A model generated the notes under the pieces. That model did not search any database. It saw only the letters and a list, made by a program, of their open reading frames with translations, and was not told the DNA's origin. Made by a program: the position numbers and the translations under genes. Shown here in pieces: positions 45,229-59,744 of a stretch of DNA of 64,000 nt. Every line of letters starts with the position of its first letter. The stretch's first letter is position 1. Source of the stretch: the human T2T-CHM13v2.0 reference genome, Homo sapiens; the NCBI RefSeq assembly GCF_009914755.1, contig NC_060932.1; one strand, given 5' to 3'.

Positions 45229-45479
45229 AGTACATACTGTGTGATTCTATTTCTATGAACTACAAAGACAGGCTCAACTAATTTGTGATGATAGAAGTCA
45301 GACTAGTGGTTATTTTTAGAGGACTGGTAGTAACCGGGAGGGGCACTAGTGTGCTGGGGTGCTGGTAATTTTCTATATCTTTATTTGGGTGTTCACTTAA
45401 TAAAAATTCATTGGGCTTTAATGTATATATGTTATGCTTCAACAAAAAAATTAGAGATTCAGCCATAAACAGAAAGGCG

Positions 45480-46215
<736 letters not shown>

Positions 46216-46217
46216 GA

Positions 46218-46508
46218 AGCTGGGTGTGGTAGCTCACACCTGTAATCCCAGTGCTTTGGGAGGCCGAGGCAGCAGGATCACTTGAGCCCAGGAGTTCAAG
46301 ATCAGTCTGGCCAACATAGTGAGACCCCCTTCTCTATAGGAAAATAAAAAAATTAGCTGGACACAGTGATGCACACCTGTAGTCTCAGCTAATTGGGAGG
46401 CCAAGGAAGGAGGATCGCTTGAGCCCAGGAGGTTGAGGCTGCAGTGAGCTATGACTGTGTCACTGCACTCCAGCCTGGGTGATAGAGTGAGATCCTGTCT
46501 CAATAAAA
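46218..46508 (+). mobile_element. Alu (AluJ)
   Basis: Dimeric Alu whose tail is replaced by a purine microsatellite. Confidence 0.95.
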
Positions 46509-46638
46509 GAAGAAGGAAGGAAGGAGGGAGGGAGGGAAGGAAGGAAGGAAGGAAGGAAGGAAGGAAAGAGAGGGAGGGAGGGGACAAAAGGAAGGAGGGA
46601 CGGAGGGAGGGAAAAAAAAAAGAAAAGAAGAGAGAGAG
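46509..46638. repeat. GGAA/GGGA purine microsatellite, (GGAA)8 at 46535-46566
   Basis: Read directly from the sequence. Confidence 0.95.
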
Positions 46639-46865
46639 CATGTGAGAGGCCCAGAGCAGTGAAGCAATCTGCCAGCAGGAGCCGGTGGACCGAGGCATGC
46701 ATCTGGCTTGCCTCATTCCCATGCCCTGTGATCTTGCTGCCAGTCATTGTTCTGGGTGCCATTCAGGTCTGCACTCCCTGGGGAAGGTGTTTCTATTCTG
46801 AACCTTGTCTTTTAATATCTATTCTCAAATTGTTGAAAAATCAGAAAGTAATGTTAATAGAGGGG

Positions 46866-47158
46866 TTTTATGTTTGTTTTTTGAGACATAGTCTCGCTCT
46901 GTTGCCCAGGTTAGAGTGCAGTGATATGATCTCCACTCACTGCAGCCTCGACCACCTGGGCTCAAGCAATCATCTCACCTCAGCCTCTTGAGAGCTGGGA
47001 CTACAGGGGTATGCCACCACACCTGGCTAATTTTTTATTTTTTGTAGAGACAGGGACTTTCCCATGTTGGCCAGGCTGGTCTCAAACTCATGGGCTCAAG
47101 TGATCCTCCCGCCTTGGCCTCTCAAAGAGCAGGGGTTATAGGCATGGGTCACCCTGCT
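46866..47158 (-). mobile_element. Alu (AluJ)
   Basis: Reverse Alu with J-type motifs. Confidence 0.94.
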
Positions 47159-48500
47159 CAATGTACCAGTGGTTGAGGATTGTTCCTCTTTAGGGTGTTT
47201 TCATTTGAGCTTCCAGGAATGGTGCCAGAGGAATGGTGGTACTTGTGAGAGAGGGAGGAAGGCTTTTCCGTCTCTGCAGCCCTCTCACTATCCCAGGGCA
47301 TTCTGAGAGCCTTGCTGACTAAGACATTTTGATATTGAAGTGATCTCTAAATACCAGCCTCCTCTTTCCTTCACCATCGTAGCAAAAGCTCCTGCCCATT
47401 GAAGAGAGAAAGGGAAGGAGTGAGGCAGGGGAAGATGTGAGAAGCTATTTTTCGGCTTCAAAATCACAAGATCTTTAGGTAGACATCATCCTGGGTCATA
47501 GGAAAATGATTGCACTCATTTCTGAAGTTTGAAACACCCTCAGTTGACAATCAGCCAGGACATAAAGTATCTAACTTTGTACGTGGCACATAAAGAACAC
47601 TCCATAAATATCAAATTTCCTTTTCTCACTAGGGTGTGGCATGATCTGAGGATCCTAGAGGGGATACAAAGATAAGGCACCATCCTAGCCTTTAAAGAGC
47701 TTAGTGACTTAACAATATTCGGCTGTGAATCCAACCCACCGGAACGAAGAAAAAAGCACAAAAATCCCTCCCCACTGAGCCCCAGCCCCTTTGGAAGTGA
47801 AAATCAGAGGCATCAGTCTCTGCCTGCTAAGCCTCCTGCCCTTCTCTTTCCATCCCCCAAGTTTAATCTGTTTAATTATTTCTTCATGTGTGCTCTAGAG
47901 AGCCTGTTATTTTTATGGGTCTGTGTCTATTAATTTTTCTTCCCTAACCTTCCCTCTTTCAGCGCAACCAGAGCGGTGCAGACAGAGGGCTGGAGTCAGG
48001 CTCCAGTGAACAGAGATTACACAGATATATATAGAGATGAGAGGAAGAAGGCAAGAAAATGTGGTTACCTCTGAGGCTGCAGAGAAGCTGTTAAGTGCTG
48101 GAGATTTAAAGCTTCGTTCGCCTCTGTACTAACTTCAAGCTGTTCTAAGCCCAGTCTCCCAGATGACAAAACTCAGACCAGCTGCGAGAGAGAGGATATG
48201 ACTCTCTTGGGAGCCTCAGGTCTGATTTAGAGGGTGCTTAAAGGGACAAGTGGGAAGGAAGGAGTTGAACAATCAGAGTTTTATTTCTGGGGAGACTTTC
48301 TGTGCTGAAGAGAAGGCTAAGGACAGAGAGAAAACACTCGGTTATTTGTCACAGTTACAAAGAATAGGCTGAGAATTGGGCCTAAATTAGGACAGGAAAA
48401 AAATCAGGTTTAATCTAAGGAAGAACTCATCTAAAAGAGTGATTAAATAGTAGCAGAACTATCAGAAGATAGAGTGGAATAATTATCTCAGTAAGATTTG

Positions 48501-48869
<369 letters not shown>

Positions 48870-49780
48870 TCAGAAAGTCATTTCCCACTGTTTTGTTGGT
48901 TTTAAGAGCCGGTAGCCCGGGCACCCTGAAGCATGGCAAATCAGGTTTCCAAATGCAACTGAATTTGGTGAAGGTGGCAGTACCTTTGTAAGATTTTACC
49001 TAGCTGGCTCCCCGACTGGAGCAGAAATAACCTTGCGGACCCTGTAGTAGAAAAAGCCTGGATCTGGAAAAGGAGCCACAGAACAAATGCTTTTTTGAGT
49101 GGCAGCTGGGAGGGAAGGTGGAAGTTGAGGAGGAGCAAAGAGAAAGAGAATTTCATCTGTGGAGAAACTGGGAGAATTTCAGAGCTTAAACTGAGTATTC
49201 ATTCTTGCAAGGGTGGTTGGGGTTGATCCTGGGTCTGACTGAATGAACCCCTGCGGCAGGGTTCGGGAATATGAGGGGGAGTTTGAGCTGACTGCTGCTG
49301 AGGAGGTGTTGTGTTCATCCTCAAGTCAGTGGCAAAAGCTTTCTGTAATGAGGGGTTCTCTGGGACAGCTTTGGAGCTGGTTAGCACTCAGGCTTAAGGA
49401 CCTACGGATAGAAGATGACTTTGTTTCTCTTCCAAAGGTGTGTGATTGGGCAAAACAGAGAAATACTACATTTTCCTGTAAAAAGCGTCTGGGATGGAAC
49501 TGCTACAGGGAGCAACTGGGCATGTGCCCAGCAGCCTGTGCAGTCTTGGGCCTGCTTCCTAGGCTGGAGCTGTGCTAGTGGCCTGCATGCATCGTGGGAC
49601 TTTCTTAGACGGGCTTTGCCTTAGCAACAGGAAAGTTTGAATCTTGTTCTAGGGTTTTATCATCTCCAAAAGCCGTCCTCAAAATCTACCCTGTTCCCCT
49701 TTCATCTGGGACTTTCCCCCTTCAGTGTTTTGCCTTCCCAACCAAGGGGTGGCTGAGAGTCAATGAAAAAAAATTATTAT

Positions 49781-50141
<361 letters not shown>

Positions 50142-52974
50142 TCATGTCACCCCCTTATGCCTCAGCTGCCAGAAAAACAAAGGCCAAATTTGTTGCTAAA
50201 ATATCAGAAGCAGAACATCCTCAGTGCCTGAAACCATCAATTTCTTCTGATTCCTTCAGATGGATTCCATTTAAACTGCTCCTGAACTGTATCCTTCTTT
50301 GGTGGCACCTTGAGTCATCTTGAAAATAAATTGAGCATAAGAGTAAATCAATTACGCATTAACTTTCATGCTCTGGACAATGCTAGGCAAGTAGATGGGG
50401 TCCGAAGAGCATTGTCTCTGCATCATCCTTTCAATAAACACAAGACGGAAGACCAGATGCACACAAAGGTGAGAGCTGCATCTCAAAGTGGTTCAGCCCT
50501 ACGTGGTAAGAGCTAGAATTGAATGTAAAGATAACTCACTCTTTACCCTTCTACCGTCCTTTCAATCAGAGCTTGTCCTTGGGCTTAACTAGAATTTCCT
50601 GCTGCAAGTTAGAATTTCTCTTCTCTTAGTCATTTTACAAAGGGGGATGTTGTAGTCCAGAGAGGAAAAGTGATTAGCCCAAAGTCACAGAGCAAATCCC
50701 TGGATGAAAAGTGCCAAAATCGTACAGAACACTAGCATTTCAGAGAAGGAAGAGAGCCCTTTTGCACAAGATAAGGGGATCTGGCACCCTCAGTTCCTCT
50801 CCAGGGTCTGTAACAGAGAACTATTGAATAATGGAAAGCTTCAAGGTTCCCAAGGAATCTAACAGTGGGGTTCAGAAGAGGGCAGATTTTTTATTTGAGA
50901 AAGGAAGGCATCCCTAGAACCCCTAAAATTGCCTGATTGTGTGTGAGGCTGGCCTGAGTCTAGTCTGTAGTTCTGAGCACTTTTCTCATAAGAATGGAAG
51001 CTTCTAGGGCTTCACCCTTAGAACACAGCAGAGAAATGTGGCAGAATGTGTCCATGGAGAGGGAGTGAGTTTGAAGAGAGAAAACAAGGGTATACTTGAA
51101 AGAGAAGAAGCATTCAGGGAAGGAAAGAGGGGGCAAGATGCTGAAATGCCCAAGCTCCATAAAGGACAGCAGAGAGGCATGAACTTCCCTCTTAAGGACT
51201 CTCTGGGTGCTGTGTGAACTCTTCCTGGAGAGCTTAGGTCTTCCCAGCTAAGACAATGATTGCATAACCTCTCATTTTCAGCAGACTAATGGGCTGCATT
51301 AACAGCCTTTTTTATTAGCTTTTTATGAGATGATGATCTAGTCCTGGCTCTTTGGTAGTTAGTCAAATTGTCAAGTTGCTCATAAACCAAGACAAATTAG
51401 AAATGACCATCCTCTCTTCTGAAGGAGTCTGGCTTGCCCACTGGCCATCTTTTGAGTGTTCAGACAGGAAGGCAGTGGTGGTGGATAGAGCGGAGGTGAT
51501 CAGGTTGTTCCCTAGAGCTTTATGCTCTTTTAATTCAACAACCCCAGGGATAAAGGAAGAATGTGATTCTGGACTCAAGAGCAAGGGGCCAAAAACAGAA
51601 GCCAGGAGTTATGATTTAATGGAATTTAATTAAGTACTATTCTCGTTTGAGGAAGATTTTCTAAGTCATTAACCTGTAATCTTCCTATTACAACCAATTG
51701 CCCCCAGGGAGAAAGGGAGAAAGTTTCTTCTTCCATTAGAAGGAATGAAGCAAAAGGACTTCAGGAATTTAATACCCAAATTCCCCTTTGTGATGATGTC
51801 TCAGAACCCCACAAGTTTAGGAAACCCTAGGGCAGAGATTTGGAGTTTAGTCAGAAATGGTATGTTAAATTTGGGTTCAAAGATGGTTTCCAAATGAATT
51901 ATGTGAGGTAAGAGCTAAAAGAGTTTGGAGATTATTTCTCTAAAAGTGCCTCATTTTTGTAGTCGAGGATTGGGAAGGAAAAGCCATCTGTCTTACCCAC
52001 AGGGCAGAATGGCAGAGACCCACCTGGCTCTGTGACTCCTATTCCCTTCCTACCTTGTTACATGGCCTTTCTCCCATGGAAGCTAAACATCCTATTTGGC
52101 TGGGCAACCATATCAAGGAGGCACACTTTCTTTTTCCCTTGGTAGTCCCCTCCTTCCTTCTATTCCTCTCCTTGATCACTGCATCCTACTTATCCTGTTA
52201 CATTCTTACCCATCCCATATAGCAAGGATAGAGCAGGGTGCTTTGCATTTGTATCAATGCATAAAAGAAGGACAAAACCCAAGAGATTCCATCTACGGCT
52301 TGAGATGCTCAGTCTTTCCCAATGCTTGCTGCAATGGCTTGTCTTAATTTTGAAAACACTAGACACTCACAACAGCTAAATCCTGCAGCTACTTATGCTT
52401 GTTCCTTCCTTATTCTGCCCTTTCTCCACGTTGTATATGTATCCATGTGGCTTTGGTGCTGGGCAGGTGAAACACTGATTGATGGAGACTGCCGCCCTCT
52501 AACTCCAGAACAGATCTAGAAATGGTGGGGAAAAGCTGCGCTGAAGGGTATCCCTACTCAGTAGAATGTCCCCAGCTCTGTCCGTTACCAGGAAGAGGCC
52601 ACTGGACACAACTTTTTATCTTTTTACAGAGGGAGACTAGAGCCATACAGAAGGTGAATGATTGTCCAAGATCAAAGTTAGGGACACTCTTGGGAATAGG
52701 ATTCAGATCCTCTGACTTTGTACCCTGGTTCTCTTTCCACTACACTTCACTTTTTAAAATCAATTATCAATGCACTATAGCTGGCAGAATTCCAAATTAA
52801 TGGAATCTCAAATTAATAGAATTCTTCAGGTATTATTATTAATTTACTAGATTTTTAGAGCTATCTTTCCAAAAAGTTCAAGACATACTACACGTAGACA
52901 TTGAGTCTTGTTATGAAAAATAAAGGAGATAACAAAATTACGTGGAAAGACCAGAAAGCGTTGATTCATTTTTT

Positions 52975-53430
52975 CTTAATTAAGAAAATATTAATTCATG
53001 CTTTTATCCAACTGGGTTTATGGAGGGCTTGCTATACTTCAGCACACCATGTTTGCTGCTGAAGGAGATAGAAAAATGTAAAACGATATTTCCTCTTCAT
53101 GGGCTTATACTTAATTAGGGAAACACACAGAAGGAAAGATCAGTGGAAGCTTGAGAGGTCAGGAAGGGCTTCATAGATGAAAATAAACTTGAGGTAGACC
53201 TCAGAACGGGGAACAGATTTGGATTGACCTGAAGAGAACAGGGGATTCCACGCAGGAGGAAAAGCTGGGGTCAGAATAAGCCTGACTTCTGTTAGTTAGC
53301 CTTGCTGAGCAGTCGTATTTGCTTTGGGAAAGGAACAGGAGATAAGTTGAGTAGGTAGGGTAGGGCTAGAGCATTGAATGCCAGGAGAAGGTAGAGGGTA
53401 TGAATGGAAATGGGATGAGAGCCTAAGCAA
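52975..53430 (-). mobile_element. L2 fragment
   Basis: ttcatgggcttatac...aggtcaggaagggcttcatagatga...gagcattgaatgccagg. Confidence 0.6.
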
Positions 53431-53539
53431 GGTTTAATTTAAAACTTCCAGCAAACTGAGATCAAAAGAACGTGGCCTTCTAGCCAGTCTTTCCATGGAG
53501 ACAACTGAGGAGCCTGGAGTGGGCAAAGGACCCTCGGGC

Positions 53540-54500
53540 TTGCGGTGGCCACGGGCACCCCAGAGGGACGGAGGGCGCCATACCGCGGTTGCCATGTTCC
53601 TGCATGTGTTTGAAATCTGGGCTGACAAGAAGAGCTGGACAATTTTGCTCCGTTACGTATTGAATTCTCTTCTCTGTGGTACAGGATCCCCTTGAAGCGT
53701 GACAGCTGCAATGACTTCCAGATGTCCGCCTCCTGTCTCCTAGCCGACTGGGGTGGATGTGGTAAACTCCGCGATGGAAACCAAAACCCCCACCAGATGT
53801 GCCATGTCAACGTCAGCCTCGCGCACATCTGGCTTCAATGCCGGCCGCCAGCCCCAGAACAAATGGCTGCTTTCCCGCTGTATTCAGCTAGTCAGCGTTC
53901 CCCGGTTAAAAGGCGCTGGGGCAGGAACGGCTGGGGCCTTCGGGGGCGCGACGCGGCGACGCCCAGCCTGGGAAGGGGCGCGGGGCCCGTGTTGGCCGCG
54001 GTGGGTCCCGGCTCCCTGGAGGCTGAGCCCCGGGCGCTCTTTCCTCGCGGCGCTGCCGTGGGGTGGCCGGGAGGGCAGAACGAGGGGCTGCGGGACGGTG
54101 TTCGGAAGAAAATCGTGCGAGTTTAAAAACATCCAAAGTGAGCCGAGCTGGGCCCCAAGCCTCGGCCTCGCGCACTCGCCAGGCCCAGGAGGCGGAGCAG
54201 GCGTCGGGACGGCGGCGACCAGAGCCTGCTGGACAAGCGGGGCCGGGTGCCTCAGCCCGGCCTCCTCCTGGCCTCCCTCTCCCCAACTCACGCATCCACC
54301 AGCAGGACCCCCTACAGGGCAGGCGCAGGAGTGAATCTTAGCTGTCATTACTACTGAGGTGGTATTTTTCTAAATAAAAAAATCAGACAAATGGATATCC
54401 TGAAAACAGGACAGAGCGTGTGAAACCTGGACTCAGGGAAGGATGGTGGCCACACCCAGGCCCGCTTGTCCACGGCAGCCGGCAGGAGCGGGCACTAACA
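53540..54500. promoter_or_regulatory. CpG island (orphan: no coding exon visible); candidate promoter or enhancer
   Basis: Abrupt GC- and CpG-rich, non-repeat stretch (core ~53900-54330) within otherwise CpG-depleted DNA. Confidence 0.85.
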
Positions 54501-55809
54501 TGTTTACGAGCTGCCCTTCTACCTACCCACGAAGTCTCATTTAGTCACAACAGATGCTGTATATTGGAAAAGGCCCCCAACTGAGCACCAAAAGACTTAG
54601 GTGTGGGTCCTGGTTCCAAATGAGCCAGGAGATATGGGGTATATCTTGGTTCTTCCTTTATAAATTGGAATATATATCTATTTCTTTTTACTTCATAGAG
54701 TTCTCTGACTCTTAATTGAGCAAAGTTTACAAAGAGAAGTGAATTAGATCTAGAAATAGAATTCAGGTTCACCGATAACTGGCTGTATAATTTTATGCTA
54801 CCCACCTCGGGGAAAAGGAAAATGAAAAACGGCTCTGAAAAGTATGATGTGCTATACACATGCAGGCTTTATTACATTTATTGTTTGAAAAGAGAAAACT
54901 GAGGCTCAGGGAAATTAACCGACTTGCTCCAAAGCCACGTAGTAGACAGACATGTTTCATTATTTACTTTGGTTTGGCCTGGGTTGACACATAATTAGGG
55001 TTTTAATCAGTCACCTTATGGCTTTGCAGTTCATCCTTCCTTCTGTCTTCAGCTTTAAGGCCGGAGCCGTTTCTCTCAGCTGACTTGGTCACTGAGGAAG
55101 GAGGAATCTCATGTTAGAGGCCCAAATCAAAACCATTCTGCATAAAGCCACTGGAGTGCTAATTCAGTGGCTTCTCTGGATTCTGCCCACAGAATTTCCA
55201 TGAAGTAGTTGCTCCCTTCTGGGTATATAGCCCATGACAAATGTTCAATGTGTCTCTGCCCTGGCTGTTCAATCTCATCCCTTCTCATTCTCTCTGGCTC
55301 CCTTAAATCTGCTTGTCATTCCTCCAAAAACATCATCCTTTTGTTTCCACTTCTCTGTGGAAATTTCTCTCTCTCAATCTCTCTCCCTCTCTCTGTAACT
55401 TTCCCTGTTGGTTACCTTGCATACTTGACCCATTCTCTAAGTTAACTTAGCCAGGTGCATTCTTTTTGCCATCTTGTATTAAAAGAAAAAATTTATTTAT
55501 TTATTATTTATTTATTTTTACAAAGCACCAACCACTGAAGAATAAAAAATTAATTTTGACTGAAGTGATGTTTAAAAGCTTTTAAAATTCAAACATTACT
55601 ACTAGACTGTAACAACAATAAGAAAAACAGCAATCCTTTGACCACTCCCAGTTACCCCCCAGCCAGAAACAATTACTTTCAACTCTTTTATCTGTTTCTT
55701 CTTGGTATTTCTGTCTTTATTTATAAATCACAGCTTATCCAGTTTTTCTTGGTTTACTGATTTTAGGAATTGTCTTTTGACTTCCTATCATGGAAAATGT
55801 GACCATATA

Positions 55810-56610
55810 GCATACTAGTGGAGAGTATGGACTCTGGAGAGAAATTACCTGGTTTAAATCCCAGGTCTAATACTAATTGTGTGAGTTTGTACAAGTTGCT
55901 TGACTGCTGTGGGTCTCGATTTCCTCCTGTGTAAAATGGATGATAATGTCAGAGGTGTTTGAACCACAGCAACTCCATCTTGAATAGGAGCTGGGTAAAA
56001 TGAGGCTGACACCTAATGTGCTGCGTTCCCAGACGGTTAAGGCATTCTAAGTCACAGGATGAGATAGGAGGTTGGCATAAGATACAGGTCATAAAGACCT
56101 TGCTGATAAAACAGGCTGCAATAAAGAAGGCAGCCAAAACCCACCAAAATCAAGATGGTGATGAGAGTGACCTCTAGCTGTCCTCACTGCTATACTCCCA
56201 CCAGCTCCATGACAGTTTACAAATGCCAGGCAACATCAGGAAGTTGCCCTATATGGCCTAAAAAGGCGAGGCATGAATAATCCACCCCTTGTTTAGCATA
56301 TCATCAAGAAATAACCATAAAAATGGGCAACCGACAGCCCTTGGGGCTGCTGTGTCTATGGAGTAGCCATTCTTTTATTCCTTTACTCTCTCAGTAAACT
56401 TGCTTTCACTTTATGGACTCATCCTGAATTCTTTCTTGCGCAAGACCCAAGAACCCTCTCTTGGGGTCTGGATCAGGACCGCTTTCTTGTAACAATAATA
56501 TTATCTTCCTCATAGAGTGACTATGAAGATTAAATGTTGAATATATAATGGGCTTAGAATAATGTCTGGTGCACAGTAAGCGCTATATAAATATTACTTA
56601 TTATCATCAT
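55810..56610 (+). mobile_element. MIR split by MER41A
   Basis: ggactctggag...cctggtttaaatcccagg...tttcctcctgtgtaaaatgg, resuming as ctcatagagtgactatgaagattaaatg. Confidence 0.8.
55947..56494 (+). mobile_element. MER41A ERV1 solo LTR, intact
   Basis: tgtcagaggtgtttgaacc...cttgtaaca with 4-bp TSD ataa. Confidence 0.94.
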
Positions 56611-57099
56611 TAAACTGGCCTGCACACACTTTCCCTCTGCTCAACCTCCCAACGTAGTTATGCCACCATTTTGGGTAAAATCAACATTAAATATTTATTT
56701 TATGACTATGTAAATATTATTCCCAGGTAAGCCACATAGAATCCTATAATTATGTTTCCTTTTTCATTCAGCCTTTTGTTTTCCCTGGAATTAATAGTTT
56801 TCTGTTTTTGTATTTTGTTTAGTTTTCTATGTACCTATTATTAATTCATCCACAAAATCTCCTGAAAATACATTCAAATACAGGTATTCTCTTGGTTTCA
56901 TTATTTTCATTGGCCGCCCTTCCTAGAGCTTTTTGGCTTTCCTGTTCCTGTCTGGACTCTTTGCTCTGTGGCCTGATTCACAGCTCTAGCCCTGTGAATA
57001 GGACATTCTACGGGTCCCTTCAACATCATCTGGGATTTATCTTTGTTGGAGTCCTGTTGCCTGGATTATACATATGGTGGAAACTGCTGCTTATCCTCC

Positions 57100-57740
57100 C
57101 AAATCCTTTCTTTCCTTCTTTCATTGTAATAGAAATGTAGCTATATGAGGTTGCCCAACTAAACGCTACACTTCCCAACTCACCCTTAAAGCTAGGGATT
57201 ACCACATAACTAGATTTTGCCAAATAAATGCTAGTGGAAGCAACTGTATATTACTTCCTGGCCTGGTCCATAAAAACCTACACACTTTTCCTCTGGTGAA
57301 CTGGAAAATGAAAGTGCTTGCAATCAAATTTTCATCATGCAGAAAAGGATAATGCCCTAGGATAGTCATCTTCAAACTTTAGCATGCATAAGAATCACGT
57401 GGAAGTCTTGTTAAAACACAGATTTCTGCCCTCTATGCCTAGAATTTCTGATTCATTAGGTCTGGTGTTGGGACCTGAGAATTTGCATTTCTCATACGTT
57501 CTCAAGTGATGCTGATGCTACTGGCCTGAGGATCTCATTTTTGAGAACCACTGCCCCTAAGACACAGCAGAAAAACAAGATATGCAGAAGGAACCACAAT
57601 CCCTGAATGACCAAAGGAAGCAGTTGTCCACGACCTGAAATATTTATCTTGGGCTGTTATGTGAGAAAAAAGTAAGTTTGCATCTTCATTAGCTATTCAA
57701 TTATGTTTGGTTTTCTAAATTGCAGCAGTCAGCTTTCCCA
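57100..57740 (+). mobile_element. Old MaLR LTR (MLT1-type) split by MER5A
   Basis: acacttcccaactc...ttttgccaaataaatgctagtggaag...gttatgtgagaaaaaagtaa. Subfamily uncertain. Confidence 0.55.
57363..57553 (+). mobile_element. MER5A hAT-Charlie MITE
   Basis: ttcaaactttagcatgcataagaatcac...gagaatttgcatttct...tttgagaaccactg, with ccctag/ccctaa flanks. Confidence 0.88.
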
Positions 57741-57769
57741 TCACCATGTCTTTTTCTCCTTTTCTTACT

Positions 57770-59200
57770 CCCATATTTTAGGAAGCACACCCACCAATAG
57801 TTTCTTGAGAAAAGAAGATAAATTTTTTTGAGACTTTGAATGTCTGAAACTGTTTATTATATTGGTACACTTGACTGATAGTTTGGCTGGGTATAGAATT
57901 CTGGGTTAAAATCATTTCCCCCAGAATTTCTCTATTACCTTCAATTGCCATTCTGATTCTCAATCTTTTATAAGTGAGTTGTATTTTCATTTTAAAATTT
58001 CTTTTTAGAATCTTCTATGACCTTTTTACTCCTGGTGCTATGAAACTAGAGAATGAAGTGTCTTGGGTATGTTTTTTCTTATTCACTGTATCGTGCATCA
58101 CTCTCCTTCAGTTCAGACCCAGTATTGATTCTTTAATGATTTCTTCCTGTTTTCTTGGTTCTGTCTTTCTGGAACATCTGTCTCAAGTTTTCTTATCCTT
58201 TACATCTAACTATATCCTTTATCTATATCTTTTATTCTATGAATTTAGCTTTTTCTTCTACTCTTCTGGGAGATTTCCTCGACTATCTTTCAAAAGAAAA
58301 GTTGATGTTTTCCCCCTCATATGTGTAACTACTCAGAGTATTGCCTTGTTTTCTAATTTTTTAATAGGCTCCTGTTATCATTTCATGGATGCAGTATTTT
58401 TTCTTCTGCTTCTTGCCCTGGTGTTTTTTGTTTGTTTGTTTTTTGTTTTGTTTTTTGTTTTCCCTGAGCTTCTCTTTTTGGTTAGTTTGGTTTCTTTTGG
58501 TGTATTTCATATTTGGAGCTTTCTCAAAAGTGATCCTCTTCCACGTGGAGTGGGGAGACTTGTCAGTTGTTGGACTTCACTATAGCTTATGTGGGGCCAT
58601 TTCCTTAGGGGAAACTCCATAGTCTTTTCTCTTGGACCCATCAGTTGCTCTCAGAAGAATGCCCCAATTTCCCTCCAGGGAGCAGGGATGGGGAAAGGGA
58701 AAGGGTGTACGAACCTGGCTGCCAGCATGCTGGGACTTGAGTTAAGGAAGGGGCTAGGAGTCTTATTTTTCAGTGGGTATGTCAACTTTCACTTAAATAC
58801 ATGTCTTTCATGAAGATGCCTCATCCTACCCTCAGCAGTGCTTCCTATTTCTGATTCAGAATGGTCTGATTCGGCCTCTCCAGGAGGTAAATTGTCTGTC
58901 TTCTTTTAGGGCTACAGAGGGGATCAGAAGGATCTAGCTGCTCCATTTAAAGTCAGTGTGGAGTTTCAGTCATGGCATGAATTTTAGTTTCCTCTGATCC
59001 ACGAAGTCAGTTATTGCTCATCTGATCTGCTTTTCAGCTCTCAAAATGTTGTTCACATCTTTTGGCTGTTGACATCTCCTATTCCATTCTTTTTAACATT
59101 GTGGGCTTATGAGTTTTTTATTTTGTTTGTTTGTTTCTGTGTTTGTTTTTAGTTCTTTCTTGTCATTTTAGTGAGTTTAAGAAGGGAGCAGAAATAATAA
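57770..59200 (-). mobile_element. HAL1/old L1M ORF1-like remnant
   Basis: gatagtttggctgggtatagaattctggg corresponds on the minus strand to an ORF1-like PRILYPAKLS motif. T-rich + strand. Confidence 0.65.
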
Positions 59201-59369
59201 ACATCTGCCCATCTTTTACTTGAAGCTTCTATCTCTTCTAAGGAAAAATAAAGCCATTGGAAATTCTAAATTGCCCAAATTATATTAGTGTGTATTAGTG
59301 CAGTGGAATTGTATTTTTCCTTTTCCTTATTTTCTGTAATGCACTTATTCTTTTTGGAATATTTTAATT

Positions 59370-59740
59370 GCATTTCTTTTGATTCAGTGCTTCTAGTTCT
59401 GGGAATTCATCCTAAGGCAGCAACTAATGATGTGTGCAAGAAACCTCTACAAAGCGGTTCCTCAGAGTGTATTTATACTATCAAGTATTGGAAACAACCT
59501 AATTGTCTAATAGGAGATTGGTTAAATAGCCAGGGTACATTCATGTAATGGCATACTCTGCAGCGTTAAAAATGTTGTTCTGGGAGATTAATGATGTATA
59601 AAATGTTCATAATACATTGTAAGTTTAAAAACAATTACAAAAACCATATGTAAAGTATGGTTTACTTTAAAAAAAGAGTCTATGTAAATGTATATATTCA
59701 TAATTAAAATGGCAAGGATATATGTATTAATATATATTAT
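59370..59740 (+). mobile_element. L1ME 3' fragment
   Basis: ttctagttctgggaattcatcctaagg...ggaaacaacctaattgtctaataggagattggttaaata. Confidence 0.7.
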
Positions 59741-59744
59741 AATG

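Larger units (their letters stand above)
42615..45450 (+). mobile_element. Old L1M ORF2 C-terminus and 3'UTR, interrupted by three LTRs
   Basis: Remnant ORF WKTQCCKKSILSKLIDRFNTIPIEI...EIDKLILKSMWK (ORF2p-like); collinear pieces between the LTRs. Confidence 0.85.

Noticed and set aside
53692-54348. Overlapping 130-190 aa ORFs on both strands in the CpG island
   Set aside because: Pro/Gly/Ala/Arg-rich with no recognisable domain; expected from stop-codon scarcity in GC-rich DNA.
57974-58585. 203-aa hydrophobic, membrane-protein-like ORF
   Set aside because: It is the T-rich antisense strand of a HAL1/L1 remnant. The Phe/Leu richness is compositional and the start is non-ATG.
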